NCBI GenBank assembly: GCA_002633005.1
Contig: NMRA01000138.1
Location: 62,001-126,000 of the forward strand
Reading direction: 5' to 3'
Length of the DNA stretch: 64,000 nucleotides
From: Phoronis australis
Lineage: Eukaryota > Animalia > Phoronida
Shown piece by piece: positions 43,245-58,200 of this stretch; position 1 is the first letter of the stretch; each line of letters starts with the position of its first letter. The position numbers were made by a program, and so were the translations under genes. The notes beneath the pieces were generated by a model, which was not told the origin of the DNA, searched no databases, and worked only from the letters and a program-made list of their open reading frames with translations.

Positions 43245-46200
43245 TCAGAAGTTTCTTTTGTATCTATTACCAGAGGATTGATATGAGTTTGATGAAGGCA
43301 CAGTTCTGCTATTGTATGTGGAGCGACTAGCTTCATTAATAGTACGCCGACTTTGAGCAAGGACCTCTTGAGCGTAGGACATATAGGATGAACCAGATTT
43401 GCCTGCGGAATATGAAGTAGGACGACTATAAGTGGGCACCCCATAGGAGCTGGGAGTGACTGAAGAAGATTTCCCAACTGAAGAGTACAAACGAGATGGT
43501 GACCCTGACCGAGAATACTGAGACGATAACGAGGAGTAGCTTGATGACAATCGTGTTGGTGATGATGACCGAACAGGTGACAATGATCGAACAGGAGACG
43601 ACGTTCTTAGAGACGGCGTTGCCCTAACTGGCGATGATGTACGTAAATGAGAGGAACTTCTCACTGACGAATAACTACTGGTACTCCTAATGGAGGAGAT
43701 ACTCCTGTAATCCTGCACTGCACTTGAAGCGCCATGCCTTGAAGGTGAGCTGCTATGGGAAGAGTATCTCGATGGTGATTCGCTTTGATAACCGCAAACA
43801 CTCGATCTGGGCTGGGCATAACTTGAAGTATACGAGTTCAGGTTATCAGTAGCCGACCTGGACGTGTAGTTGGTGTCATGGCTGCCGACACTGACATTCA
43901 CACTACTTGCACTCGGTGTCGATGTCTTGAGTGGCCCATGGATGGCTGAAGGTAGGGCACTATCACTTGAAGACCTGTCTTGTTCTGGAGAAACTGGCAG
44001 CCACCTGCAAAAATGGATGAGCATAACATAAGCATTTAGAGCTACATTTAACAAAAGCTTTAGTGGTCTGCTCGTAACCTTGGTGAGTATAAAATTGGGG
44101 AAAAGACTGTAAAAGTAGTCTATGCTGGAAAACTTCGATATACAAGGTAAAACTAAATGGACAAAATGAGTTCATCAACAAGATGGGTGGCTGTGAGGAT
44201 GTCTTTTCTTCCTGTAAATAGAATTAGACGTCATGACAGAGAACAAGTAGATTGTCCAAATACTTTAGGCGAATACTGTAATGCGGTTAAGTTACAACTG
44301 AACTAAAGGGTCTGTTTCATAAAAAGTGAGTCAAGACTTAAGTGACAAACTTAAGTCACTTGGCCCTATGCTGCACACAACTATTTCAAGAAATAAATTA
44401 TATCTCAGTCTCCGAGAATAAACATATTACTGAGATAATTTATGTTAATTCCTTCTAGAATCCTATCCACTCATAATTACAAGGGGAAACTTTGTCCAAC
44501 AATTACCAAGTGGGAGCATAAGACCACAAATTTCTGTCTTTAAGTCTAACCTCACTTTCATGAAACAAACAACATGGCAAAATCAAAAGCTGGTGTAAAA
44601 ATTTGTTGGATAAAACCAAGACAACATAGTATCATCTAACTTCATAAATGCTTACTGACAAATCCTATTAACCGCAGTAGATTTATTTATTTATTTATTT
44701 ATTAATGTAATGTTTACAATGAGGGTAGCCCCATCAATTCACACTGCTTTTCATGGGGCCCTCAGGATTGTAAATGTTATAACTGAAAGTGAAAAATAAT
44801 AGTATATACAAAACATTTTTTCAGAATCTTAAAGCCTCCCTTGAATGTTTTTTGTAAATGTTTCGGACTACCCAGATATCCCCAGCAACAGAACGCACAA
44901 TTTTATAACTCAAACATTCTTTTTTAATCACTTAAATGTAGGCTGTGAAAATGGTAAATGAAGTAACCATTTCTCGCTATAACGAGATACCATGAAAACA
45001 CAGAACAAAGAAAACCCCCAAATGTAGTTGTATTGGACAAGGTTCTGAAAAAGACATCATAAAAGGATTGTCATGGTAACACCACTAATTACTTTTGGCA
45101 ATTGAAGGCATTTTTGTGCTCAGTGATGCTCAAAACATATTGTAATGACCACATTCATGTAAGAAATACTTAAAGTTTGGCTTTAACTAATCTGCACAGG
45201 GTTTATTTAACCATCTTTTGGATATCGTGTGTCACAGAGTATTAAAAATACGACTACTCTATCGTAGATTTACACTGACAATATCCACCCGATTATGTAA
45301 TTTTCACCCACAATTTTTACACTCAATTTATTTACAGAACACTTACTTTCCAGTTCCATAGTCATTGACATCAGTCACAGCAGGCTCAGTTTTCACAGAC
45401 TCTTGTCTCAATCGTTCAATTTCATTGTCGATGTCCTGAAAGACGATAATACCCAGAATGGTAAGCAAATCTTTTGAGTAGGAGATATCAAATGTTCATA
45501 CCTTATTTCCTCAACTATAGAGAATATCAAACTCAAACAAGCTCAGAAGCAAGTTTTGTTAACTTGATTATCACCAGAATCTTAAAACACAACAACTGAA
45601 ATGAAATTCATAGCCTCAATATGACCAGCTTCATATAGTCCAAACAGAACGGAAACAATACATTGTAATTCAGACAATACAAAGGCAGATATTTTCAACA
45701 TACAAAACCACTATCACCACTTAGATTCCTTCACTTTTTTGCAAATTTAAGGTGCACAGAATTCTTCACAGAACAAACTGCAAAAATTTCAAAATAATAT
45801 GAAGTGTTTGTAACGTATCAAGGTTTGTTACCATTACCAGTTTGTCAGATAAAAATTAACCCCGACTATATTTACCTGTTCAAGATCTCTGCTGTCCCTG
45901 AGACTGCTGCTGTCACTATCTTTCAAAATGCTGTGGTAAGTTGTCAACCTTTCATGTAGTTGACTGCGTCTGTAACAAGACAGTGTTAAATGATAGTTTG
46001 TGAATGAAAGGCCACACTGCAAGATTTGAGACATGAATACAAAAATGCTGACATGGCAGTATTAGCATTCAACCTGGTAATTTTGTCTATATACTCACGA
46101 ATTTTCAAATACTTTTAAAAATAAATTAAAAACAGGTTGCCTACTGCCAAGGTACAGAATGGTGCCCATCGACTCTCTTACTACCAGTGTTTGTCCGACT

Positions 46201-49200
46201 GTCTCTGGCCTGGCAAAGAATGGTTACTTGAATTCCATACTATACACATTATCAAACTTGAGTAAAAGGTATCCAGAAGTCCATAATTCTATTTTACCTT
46301 TGTGCAGCTCTGGCTTTTATGCTCCTCAGAGTATCCAAAGGTGACCTTTGACCTAAGTATTCCTTGGCTCTCTCAATCTCCCTATGGCTCCACTCTGAAG
46401 TTTGACGAGCTTCCATTAGTATCTGACGAGGCTCATCATCCAGAGATTCTGTAGAAAATGAATCAAAATAAATACAGAGCTATATTACTTTACAGGTTGT
46501 ACCTGACAAAAATATGCAATGTTTCAGCTATTAACTTGCAAGCACAGATATCGCTTATGTCATACAACTGCAGACATGTCCTAGAGAAATGTCTAACACA
46601 TCATATAAAAAGGCCCTGAAATGTATTCTGGACAAAAACAAAATTATTTTTTACCAAGAACATGCTGTACGTGACTTTAAATTCACATTTTCACTCTAAG
46701 TCTCTTATATGTGCAATAATTCGTTAAACCATATCACATCTGTTACACACTGAGAACTACAAGACACCCATTATAGTGCAGTGAACAAAATAGTGCAGCT
46801 ATTCTATTTGCTTATCACAGAACACACAGTGATGCTAATTAATAAACAAAAAGGTAAACAAAACCACAACACACCTGTGGTACTACCTGCATCTGATGAC
46901 CGTCGTGTATTCTCTGTTGCGTCATGGTGGACTCTTAAGTTGGTGAAGTTGAGAGATGGAACATCACGTGGCGCCCTCTGTGGTGTAGACACTGAGCCAC
47001 TGGAACCAGAGTCATTTTTGTTACCACTGCCAGATGGTGGTGGACTCTGACTATACAGTTCATATGAAGGGGATTTGTATTTTTTAAACGCACCAGATGG
47101 ATTGGAACTCGGAGGTGAAAGTCCAGCAGATGATTCATCAAATGCTACAAGATCCCGTCTCAGATTGATCAAGTACTCATTATGTTGCCTTGGAGTCATA
47201 TTTCCACCAGGAGACACAGACACAGAATGACTGGATGGGGGTGTTAAACTATCTTTAGGGGATTTAGCAGGACTTGCTGTTGGAGGTCGTGAAGAACTAA
47301 TACTGCTGCCAGGTCGTTGAGGACTGACACGTTCAAAAGACGTGTTTTCACGCTCCCGTTCCATCTTGAAAATTTCAATTTCAGCCTTGTGCTTGAGCTT
47401 GGCCATCTCCTTCTTAACACGACTTCGAGATTCCCTGGCATGAAACTTCATCTTTTCCTTTTCCAACACTTGAATTCTGAAGTCAAGATCCTGCTTTGAC
47501 ATCTCAAGTTGCGTTCGATACTTTTCGAGATATTCTTTCGTAATGCGAGTCAAATCTTCAGACTGTTCATCGATGGAATGCAGTCTCTGGCTCCTGTTGA
47601 CATGTGCACTCACCTCTGATTCCCATGGTTGATCCAGAGTTTGTAACAGTGTATCAGTCTGACCAAAAGCATAATTCAGATGTGCCTCCGTCAGCTCAAT
47701 CCACACTTTAGAAGGCAGGTATTCCAACCCAAGCAGTTCCACAACATGAAGCCTTTCCTTTTGTAGTCGCTCAAGCTCAGCCGTTATTTCGGAGTCTCCA
47801 TTATTGCATCCATCTGCCTGTCCCACTTTTGGCGACAAAGACAGCTCCAGATCAGTCTGTGTACTGCCATCAGCAGCATCAGAAGATCCTGCTTGAGTAG
47901 TCTGAGTACACATACTAAGATGGCTGCTGTTGGAAATGAGGTCAACAGCGTCTTCATGGAAAGACGTTGCTCTTCTGGTATCTCCTTGCCCAGTCGATGA
48001 GACGGCAGAAAGCTGATCAGAATAAAGGTCAAAATGGGGAATGTCTTCATCTGGTTGACAGCTACTTAACTCATGCGGATGTGGAGATGCATCAATCTGA
48101 GACAGTTCCAAACTAATATCTGCCAAATGTACCGGGGAACAGCTACTGGTGTCAGTCAACGGAGACGATTCCAACCCATTGCTTTTCACACCATACAAAT
48201 CTGGGGATCTTTCTTCTCTGCCAGCAGTAGAATCTACATGTGACGAATGAATACTTGCTGAAGAATCCGCCACAACAGATGACATAATGTTTCTGTTTGT
48301 TCCAGCTGAAACAGTTTCTGAGGGTGGAGCACCACTAACCAGCAACGGTGATGATGTCACAACAAACTCATAAGGCGGCATCTGAGAGGCAGGAGCATTA
48401 TCGTTCACATGGTGATCATAATGTTCCGAAGACAGTTCTGGCAACGAGCGGACATTGTTCAACCACTGCCGCCATGAAGAACGACCTCGAGATCTCTGGA
48501 GGAGAGCCATCATGCGATCATGTTCATCTCGGAGACCACTCAGATCAGGAGGTGTAATGTCATACAATGAATGGTCAATATGGACTGGTGATGGCGTGTG
48601 TTTCACCTCTGGGCTGAAACTGCTGGCATCATCTACTGACATCAATGATGTACCTGTCTGCATTCCTGTAGTGGTTTGCTCCTCTGGTGATGGAGCAAGG
48701 CACCACAAGGATTCTCCTGTTTGCATTGCTGAGCTCATCAATGTTTGTACAGGCTGTTCCACACTCAAATTCCACAATGACTCTCCAGTCTGACAGCCAA
48801 AAGTTGTTGTTGGTGATACAGGCTTGTCTTCAACATCGGCTAAATTCCAAAGAGATTCAGAAGTCTGACAGCCAAAGGTAACTGAATCATTTTCTTGTGG
48901 TTCCTCAACAAGTGACCACAACGAAGATCCTGTTTGTAATCCAATGTTTAAATTGTTAATCTCCTGTGAAATACTGCATAATGGCACAGTAGTTTGGTCC
49001 AAATGCAATCCAGGTATTTCCTCGTGCTCAATGACGTCACCAGTCTGAGTACAGATTTCATTGGCAGAAGTTAGACTAGACGGTGCCTCCAGTTGATAAG
49101 TCCTGTTCACCTCAGGCACATGTGCAGAATCAGCTTGCATGGACTTCTCAGAGTCAGTCTGTGTAGCCACATCAGCACATGTCTGAGTGCAAGCATCAAA

Positions 49201-52200
49201 CTGTTTGACCACTGATAGCGCTTTGTTCCACATCGTGGTGGTGGTGGTGACAGCCATGTCCAGCAGCTCACTGTCAACACTATCAGCATCATCCAATAGC
49301 CTCTCAGGGGATACCGATGTCCTGGCATCAGCAACTTGAGGTTGTCTTAATCGATAAGTTATTGTAGATGACGGCTCAGTTTCCTTCAAAACGCCTCTCC
49401 CCACCTCAACAATATGGCCTATTTGATGTTGCATGCTTCTAGCACGTGGTGACAGTATATCACTGTCATCATCAACTGGTGCTTCATTCTCATGTTCCGT
49501 ATCTTTGAGTGGTTCTGCACAGAACAGTGAGTCTTCAACAACCATTTCAAGGTGTGCTGGTTCTGATAATTCCACATCATCCCTATTAACAACCTCAAAG
49601 TATGCTGTTGCATCATGAGACGTTATCAAAGGCATCACATTGTCCTTAAGACCATTCCTACCTTCTGGGACAGGATCTGAAACTACAAGATCATGCTGAC
49701 TAGCACACAGTGAAAGGTCATGTTTGCTTTGGTCATCAACAAGTGTTTCATTTGTACGGTTAACTGTCTCTTTATGTGGCTCTTCACGGAACAGAGGATC
49801 GGTAGTGTTGACCTCAGGAGGTGATGACACACTCTCCGTTGTTTCTGTTGTTTCTGTAACCAGTGTTTGTTCAACACCGATTGTGTCTGTTCGCACAGGT
49901 TCTGAGTAAACACAAAAACCGCCAGTATCAGCTTCACCATCAGCAGTGCACTCCCAATAAAAGTGTTCCGTCACAAGACCATGCTCCTGCATATGGCGCC
50001 TGGTAACTTCCTCCCCATATGCGGCTCGATAGTCTTTGGTCTGAATGTCACCACTTAGATAGTAGACCTCATCACCATCATTATTAGATGTTGATATATT
50101 GAAGTTGATACACTGACCTTCAACTTCATCTTCATCAGTCTGGCTGTGGTACTTAACATCGTTTTCCTTGTTTTCTGGTACTTGGTCATCATATCCACCA
50201 TCCAAGGATACTCCATCCACAAGTGGAAATGTTACAGAAGAAAAGTCCATCTCTGTTGACAAGGTAGAATATTCCACTTTCTCAGCCTGATCAGCATTAC
50301 AAATCATTGGAGAGGCACCACAACCTTGATCCATGTTGTGTTTCCTGAGATTTTGAATCTGTATTGAATCAACAATTTTAGATGGACTAAGTTCACTTTC
50401 TGGGTCAATCACGATTGTTGCTGTATTAGTACGTTGCATATCAAGTTCTGAAACACTTTGATCATCATACGAGACACCATCTTTATCCTCAACAGTCTCA
50501 TACAGCGGCTCGGAGCTTGTTGTCAGCGAGCCTTCGACCAGAGGACCTGGTCGTGTAGCTGCAACAGACACAGCAACTGCAGGCTGAGAAGTGTCTATGT
50601 CAGCAGTCACTGACCATGGGAAGGATCGACTAATTATCGAATATGAGGGAACCAAAGTGATTTCACTCACGGAGAAGTCTGCAGTGGGATCCACCGTGGT
50701 ATCAAGCTCTCCATCCACAGATGAAACGAACTCTTCATCAGCTGTGTGACCGTGGTGTCCAGTTTCTGTGATGGGTTTTTGGCCACCAATTGGTTCAACA
50801 GCAATGTCACCAAGTTGTTGGAATTCTTTAACTTCACTGATATCAGACACAGTTTTCCCAGTTTCACCCTCTTGTGATGTCACAAATTCAACTTCAGCTG
50901 CAGTTTGTTCACTACCAGAATCATCAGCAATGTGAGTAGAATGTTGTAATTCTTGTTTCCTTTCACTTATGTCAGGCACAGTAGATTCAGGTTCTATTTC
51001 ATCTGATGTCACTGGTTCATCACAAGTAACGGTTCCTTGATGATCCCCATTACTGATGATGCTTTCTAACCTACCGCCAATGTTACCGAGATGCGATTGT
51101 AATTCTTCGTAAACTTCATCAGTATAACGTACAGTGGACTTAAGCCGGCCCTCTTCTGATGTTATATGTTCACTGGTGACATTTGGTCCACTACTAGAGT
51201 CATTGGCAACATCAGTAGAATATTGTAAATTTCTATTCACTTCACTGGTATTTGACACAGCAGACTCAGATTGGACCCCTGCTAATGTCACATGTTTACT
51301 GTCTGCGCTACAGATGCTACATGTATCACTAAGGTCGTCTAGTCCACTTCCTGTATCACTGGCACTGTCCGTTAGTTGTAGAACATCAGTATTAATGTCA
51401 CATATATAAGGCACGTCACCATGACGTACAACAGGAGTCACTGAATCAGTTAAGACGTTCTGCTTCTCAAGTGAGACATCAGCTGCATACCCTAGTTGTT
51501 GGGGACTATCTATCAGATTCAGTAGTGGTGGAATAATAATAGGTCTGTCCCCAGTACCTTGATGAGATTCCCTGAAACAAAATGGAGTGGATTAATTCAT
51601 GAAATTGGTGCAAACTACAGAAAAGAACAAACAATTTCAGAACAAATCCAAGACGGCAGAAATTTTAAAAACTTAAACTTAACCCAATGCTATATTTCCT
51701 TCCATACCTCAAAAAAAACTTTGACAGTGATCCTCATACTTCATTTACACTATTTTACCATTGCCAAATTATCATTGACATTAGATAATGACCAGGGTCA
51801 TGACCACTGAACTTCACTTGGGACTCAACTTGAAAATTGCAAGTTTACTTGAAGCAACCACACAATTGGTCAATTTTTGAAAAACCTCAGTAAAACCTGG
51901 TGGTCTGGGTTCAGGTAAGTTGCTCCAAATCAGTCTTCAGATAGAGTATGGCACAGAAATATTAAATCTTGTAACTATTTTTCTGAATCTCTGATGAAGT
52001 AAATAATATCAATCTCCAAGCAGCCAACTACCATGAAATCCTCTCACAGTACAAACCTCAACTCACAATATTATTAAAATCAGAGCAATATAAAGTATGT
52101 GTACTGGAACCTGAATAGGCATCTGACAGAGAGACTACTCTATTATAACCATGTAGCTGTGGCATTTGACCCATAAAAGCACACACTGGATGTTGAATGA

Positions 52201-55200
52201 ACAAATAAAAAATGCCCCAAGGCAGTATTGTAATGATAAGGTAAAGTAGAGTCTACAGGATAACTAGAAACTAAACCATTGATGTCTGAGTACATATCAA
52301 CGGATCAACGATTGTCACCATATCAAATGATAAGTTATGCATAAAACTAACACAAACTATGTACAATGTTTAATTCTCAAATAAGAAGAAAAAGTCAATA
52401 TCAATGAACTAAGCTGTCAAAAAAAAATCATTTGTTAAACATTTTTGGTGTTCAAGGGGCATAGGATGCATTTTCAAGGTGAACTAATATAGCTTGAGCA
52501 CAATGAATAAAACAGAACAGGCTCATTAACTATACCAATAATCATTGTGAAATGAGAGTACTGTTCCCTTAAATTGTAAACCTATCATATCTTCTCTAAC
52601 AGTACTTAAACAACTTAAGTGAAGAAGTGAAGATAAGAGTGAGAACAGTAGTAAAATTAAACATTTACTGTTAAATTTTCAACAATTTCCAACAAAAACA
52701 ATTGTGGGTAATTTTCCATTTTTCAAAAGCTCACTACATTCATATTAAAAATGTTCAAAGTTTAATCATTTATTGTGGATGACAGCTGTACAATGGTTGC
52801 ACTTGGTTCACTTCCCAGTTCTGCTGGGTCAATCGGATAAGACATCTGATTCGTTCTCAATGACAATTGCCAACTTACAGACCTATCAGATGTCTTTTCC
52901 GGTTGACCTGGCAGAACAAGAAAGTGAGTGGAGTGCAGCCAATATTAACTATGCAAATAATGAAATACAGTTTTCTTCTTTTTATTTTTGTTGAACTTTT
53001 TGATAAAAAATCACTGTTCAGCCTTAGTATGTTCTAACTTGGAAATAATTGTATGATAAAATCTGTTGGACATGAAAAAGATGTACTGGTCTGCATTAGA
53101 AGAGAAGCATGTGACCTCATGGCCATTTATTAGCGATTATCTTGAATTATGTGATAGAATGCGGCCACAAATGCACATAATTCCTTTTAATTTTTATCGA
53201 AGGTAATGAATATTTTTTGTACGCAACACATTAATTATGTCAAAGCTTGCAATGTTATTTATAGAAACCATCATGACCGAACGACGAAAGAAAAGGACCC
53301 CATTCACACTTAATGACTAATAGCAACTCTTGTTTACAAGTGAACAAAACAACATTCTTAGTTTTCTTACTTAGGTTATGAAACTGTTAAGTCATGAAAC
53401 TGTTAAGTCGTGAAACTGTTAACTTACGAAAGTGTAAAGTTGTGAAACTGATTCAATTTCAACAGTATTAAAAATCTTACCCGTCACAAAATGAATAGGT
53501 ATTCCTGGCATTCATCTCATCAACAGACGCAGATACAACTGCCGGCATGCTTGATTGTCGCTCATCCATTGATGTTCCTACTTCACTTGCAGCAGTCAAA
53601 GCTTGAAGGTTATCTACCTCACCAACAGGTGGTGCATTGAGATCACCAACCATTACAGGACCAGAGGAATGTCTGATGCGCTCACTTGCATCCTCCGCAG
53701 AAGAGGATGACTCAGTCGGCGCCGAAGCTACCTTTTCACTTGAGGCAGCTTTACTTTGAATATAATCCATCTCACCACCAGAGGAGGCACATAGACCTCT
53801 GACATTCACGGCATTAGTTGAGCAACTGATGTCATCATCTACGTCTTGAAAATGGCTTGTTGGTCGTAAATCAGTCACTTGTGCTGGGGCTGAAACATGT
53901 CTCACATGGTCACGTTTCTCTTCAGCAGATGCAGTTTGGGACTGGCAATCATCGAGACTGTCATTTGATCGATTCATGAACACAAAAGTTATGCTGTCAC
54001 TAGAGACCCCTTGGCTGACAGTTTGATACTCATCCCCATGTTGAATGCAGTCAGCCGAGTATGACTTGAACAGGCAAAGGTTGGGGAAGTCCTCCACAAA
54101 CTGGACGTCGGATGTTGAAGCATATTTTGTAAGAGTGTCATTGCGTAGGGAATAGGCATAATGACTAGGGCCATCTTTGCCAATAACCACAACTGAGCGA
54201 GGGGACATTTTGCGTAGACCTTGCTCATCAAGTCTCAGTTCATGCACTTGAGGATTGATCTTGGCAACATCTGAAGAACCAACTTGGAGCTCGGCAGTAC
54301 TGTTCAGATTGCTTACTGTTGTTGACAACACATCACTCGAATTATCACCAGGCTGAGATTGGTGGTGCTTGGCTACCAGGACATCATCCTTGCCAAGTTG
54401 CTCGTCTGTTTTCTTATAACGAGGTGTGGTTGACAAACCTGGCAGGTCATCAAAGGACGGTATCAAGTCCTGGTATCTTTCATCACGTTCTATACTACCA
54501 AGTCTGAGAGAAGAAACTTCTTCCTCATCATTTTGCTCAGGGTTGTCTTCACAGAAATTGGAAGAAATGCTCAATGGAAGTTTATTGCAATCAGTAGCTA
54601 TCTTCAGAGAATCATGTTGTTGCTTTACAGTGATAGTAAAGTCAAGGTCTTCATTTTCAGCACGGTTCAAGACACACTCATGATCAGTCTTTGGCACATG
54701 TTTTGTTGATGTTCTAGTGTTTTCAAGTTCCTCAGGAATTTCATGAGACTTGATATCTACATGCTGGACTGGACTATCTGGTCTATCGTACACATTGCCT
54801 GAATCATTCATAGGTTTGAGCTTAAGGTCTGCATCAAGCTGAACAGACTCAAGAAGATTCCGATCCAAACTTCTCCCTCGATTTAGCCTGTCCATTATCT
54901 TGCGTCTTTCAGGTCCAAGTATGTTTGTGGGTGGACCATGGGAGCTTCCTCTAGGTGGAGGGGACATGCCTTTAGCCTCATAATACTTGCTGGACCTTGG
55001 AGAAACAGTTGTGGATTCAACATCTGTGAAATCAGATCCAATTGCCGAGTCACTTGTGCTCTTTTGAACTTTCTCATTCACCCTAGCAATGTGCCTCTCC
55101 AGGTCCTTCTTCAGCATCTCTACAACATGCTGATGGCTTGCTCTTCTGTCTTCTTTTTCTTCTTCAATGGTTGAATCAGTTCGCACTGATGCTTCCTCCG

Positions 55201-58200
55201 GAGACATAACAGCTTTGCTGGACAAAGTAGCATTACATACATTCTGTTTAATGACAGGAACAGGAACATTTTCAGACCTGGCAATCTTCTGCAGATCTTC
55301 AATCAACACATCAATGTTTTCCTTTTTCTTTTGCTCACTGCTCTCAAAGCTGTAACTTTGAGGTGGAGAGCAGACTTTATCTTCTCTAGTTCCCAATGGC
55401 TGAGTGCTCTGTTGGTTCAGCTCAAGTAATCTTGGAGATACAACATTATCTTTACTGGCTGCAGACAAAGCAAGAAGTGGTTGTTCACTCTCTAGTTTAT
55501 CTTCTATTGTATTGCCATTCAGACTGGCATTACTGGCTTTTAATTCTTCCATTGCTAAGTCAAACTGCTGCTTGACAACTTGATGTTCTCGCTCCATTTG
55601 TTCAAGCATTTCTGGTATATCATTCCCTCTTCGGTCGGCAGTTTGTGGGAAGTTGATACTGTCCAGCAAAGGAGCAGAGTGTCGTTTGGCAGACAAACCC
55701 CCATACTGTTCAGCAGATCTTTTTTCCAACTCCATTTGAAGATCTTGTGTATCAAGAAGGTTGTCACTATTGCCTGACAAATTCAATGACTGAGAGCTGC
55801 AATTATTTAAACTGCAAAACTCCAAATCTTTTTCGAACAAGGCTTCTTCACTTTTCACTTGATCAAGCTGGGCTCTTAAGAGGCTTTGTGCTCTGCCTAA
55901 TCTGCCTGGAGATGGCTGTGGAAGTGAGCCTGACAAGTTCTGCAAGGTTGATGGGTTCTTTGCAACAGCCAGTATGTGAGTTGATGGTAATTCTAAATGC
56001 TCATTCACTGGTGGATCTTGGTCAGTGAAGGCCCAAAGGTTATTGGTGTCACGAGTAATTTGGCGAATTTCTTGAATCAAAGTATCTCCAAAATCTGGTT
56101 TTTCCAGCAGTAAGGTGTCGGTATCAGCACTGCTTTCTGATGCATTAGATTCAGTGGATGCACTACTTCTCCGTCGATTCACTGAAGTTCTCATCTTAAC
56201 CACATCCAGATCATGAAGGCTTGCATCTTGAGAAGGTTTGTTAAGATCATTGGAGTCACCATCTTTGGATGGATCACTGGTCACATGACTTCTGCCTACA
56301 TCTGAACTTTGCAATTCATTTTGACATTGTAACTGTTGATGCAGGCTTAAACTAGAACTACCCGATCCTATGTGACTAATGTCCTCTGTTGAAGCCACCT
56401 TTGCTCTTTGCAACTGCGACTTTAACAAAGACTTAAGCCTTTCAGGTGTGCTAAGGCTACACGTAGTATGGTCCAAACTGTCATCAAGCAAACTGCTCTT
56501 ACCCCTCATCCCAACTAGTGGTTGTTCAGATGTTTGTGGGAGACAAGACTTACTGTCACCAGCACTGACTACACCGCCAATGTGGGCAACTAGTGAATCA
56601 CTTCCAGAAGACCCAACAATCACTTCAGTCCATGGTTCTGATGGCTGAGTACTGATCTGCTCCATGTTCGTGTCTGTAATGTTTGGACTGTTTCTGCTTG
56701 ATCCTACAGCAGAGTTAGAGCCATGGGGGGTTTGCAGATCTTCAGTACTCTCTGCAAGCAATGTGACATCAGTATCACTAGCAAGCACTGACAAGGAAGT
56801 GTTGTTACTCCCACCCAATGGAAACTTGGTGACGGTCATTTCATCCCAAGGTGCTGATGGATTGATGGTAGAATAGGCATTGTCAGTGTCCTCTTGGCAA
56901 GACTCAGTAACACCACAAGTGCTAACCAAATCCCCTCCTTCAGTCATAGAACCAGTATCATCCTCTTGAGCGTCATTTTGAAATGAGTTGAAAGATATCA
57001 TAGCCTGTGAAATAATGGATGTTACGTATGCTTGGGCAATTTTATGAACTTCATTTTCATCGTCGGCTGTTAGATTGACAGTAGATGAGTCTTCTGTACC
57101 CATAATGACTTGTTCTTGAGCACTTCCTACACCCGTAATTGGTCCTTGACTGAATGGCTGCTCATCAGCTTTGTTATGGAATACTTTCACGGCTTCTGAA
57201 ATAATGCTCTTGACAATTGTTTTTGCAAACGGTATCACCATATCATCAGAAGCAACTGACAAAATCCTATGCTCCTCAGTTTGGTCAAGCTCAGGTAATG
57301 GTTCACTGACATGAACAATGGTCGTGTTGTTTAACACTGGTAATACAGCAGATGTGTACATGTCCTGTGCAGCCGGTTCACTCACTGTTACTTCACCTAA
57401 CGATACTACACCAGCACTGTACAAGTCTTGTTGGCTATCACCTAAACTGAACTCAAATTCGGAATCCTTAGTTGAAAGAATAGGAACTTCACTATTGTTT
57501 AACAACACAGAATCGTCACTGTCTACCTTCAGCACATTATGGCCTTCGACAAATAGATTTGACCATGACGAAGAACCATCCAGAGAGCTATCTTCATCTT
57601 TGCCAAAATTAACCCGATGAGAGTAAACTATAACTTCCTGTTTGGAAGTCGTCGTTAGAATACTGGGTTCCAAAGAACTGCTTAAAGGAATGTTGGGACA
57701 CAGTGAGGAAGATCCTGGTCTGCTTCCAACGTCAGCAATAAGATGAGGAGAATCAACAGCAGTTTTGACTTCAGTAGCATTTGTTATATTAGACAGTATG
57801 GAATCTTCTACATGATTACTTGGACATACAGAAGAAGATTCTGGATAATTTTTGTCTTCCTCAATATCAGAAGGCAGATACCCAGCAACATCAGTTATAG
57901 AGGTTACAGACGGTTCATTCTTTATTGGCAAATCTTGATTTGCTGATAAATGTTCTTTCTCTTCAAACGCAGAACGAAATTCAGTTGACTTGCCCATTTT
58001 GATGTGATCTTCATTTTCCAATGCTTCTTTATCAATGCAATCTGAAGAGACATCCTGTTCCGTAAGAAGGTGCATGTTGTGCTGCAATACATCATCCAGA
58101 CTGCTGGCAGTAGATAAGCAGCCAGTGTTCAAGTGTTGCTGCAACTTTCCTATCATTAAATGTTCAGGGAGAATAGTCTCTGCCAACTGTGAAATGCCAG

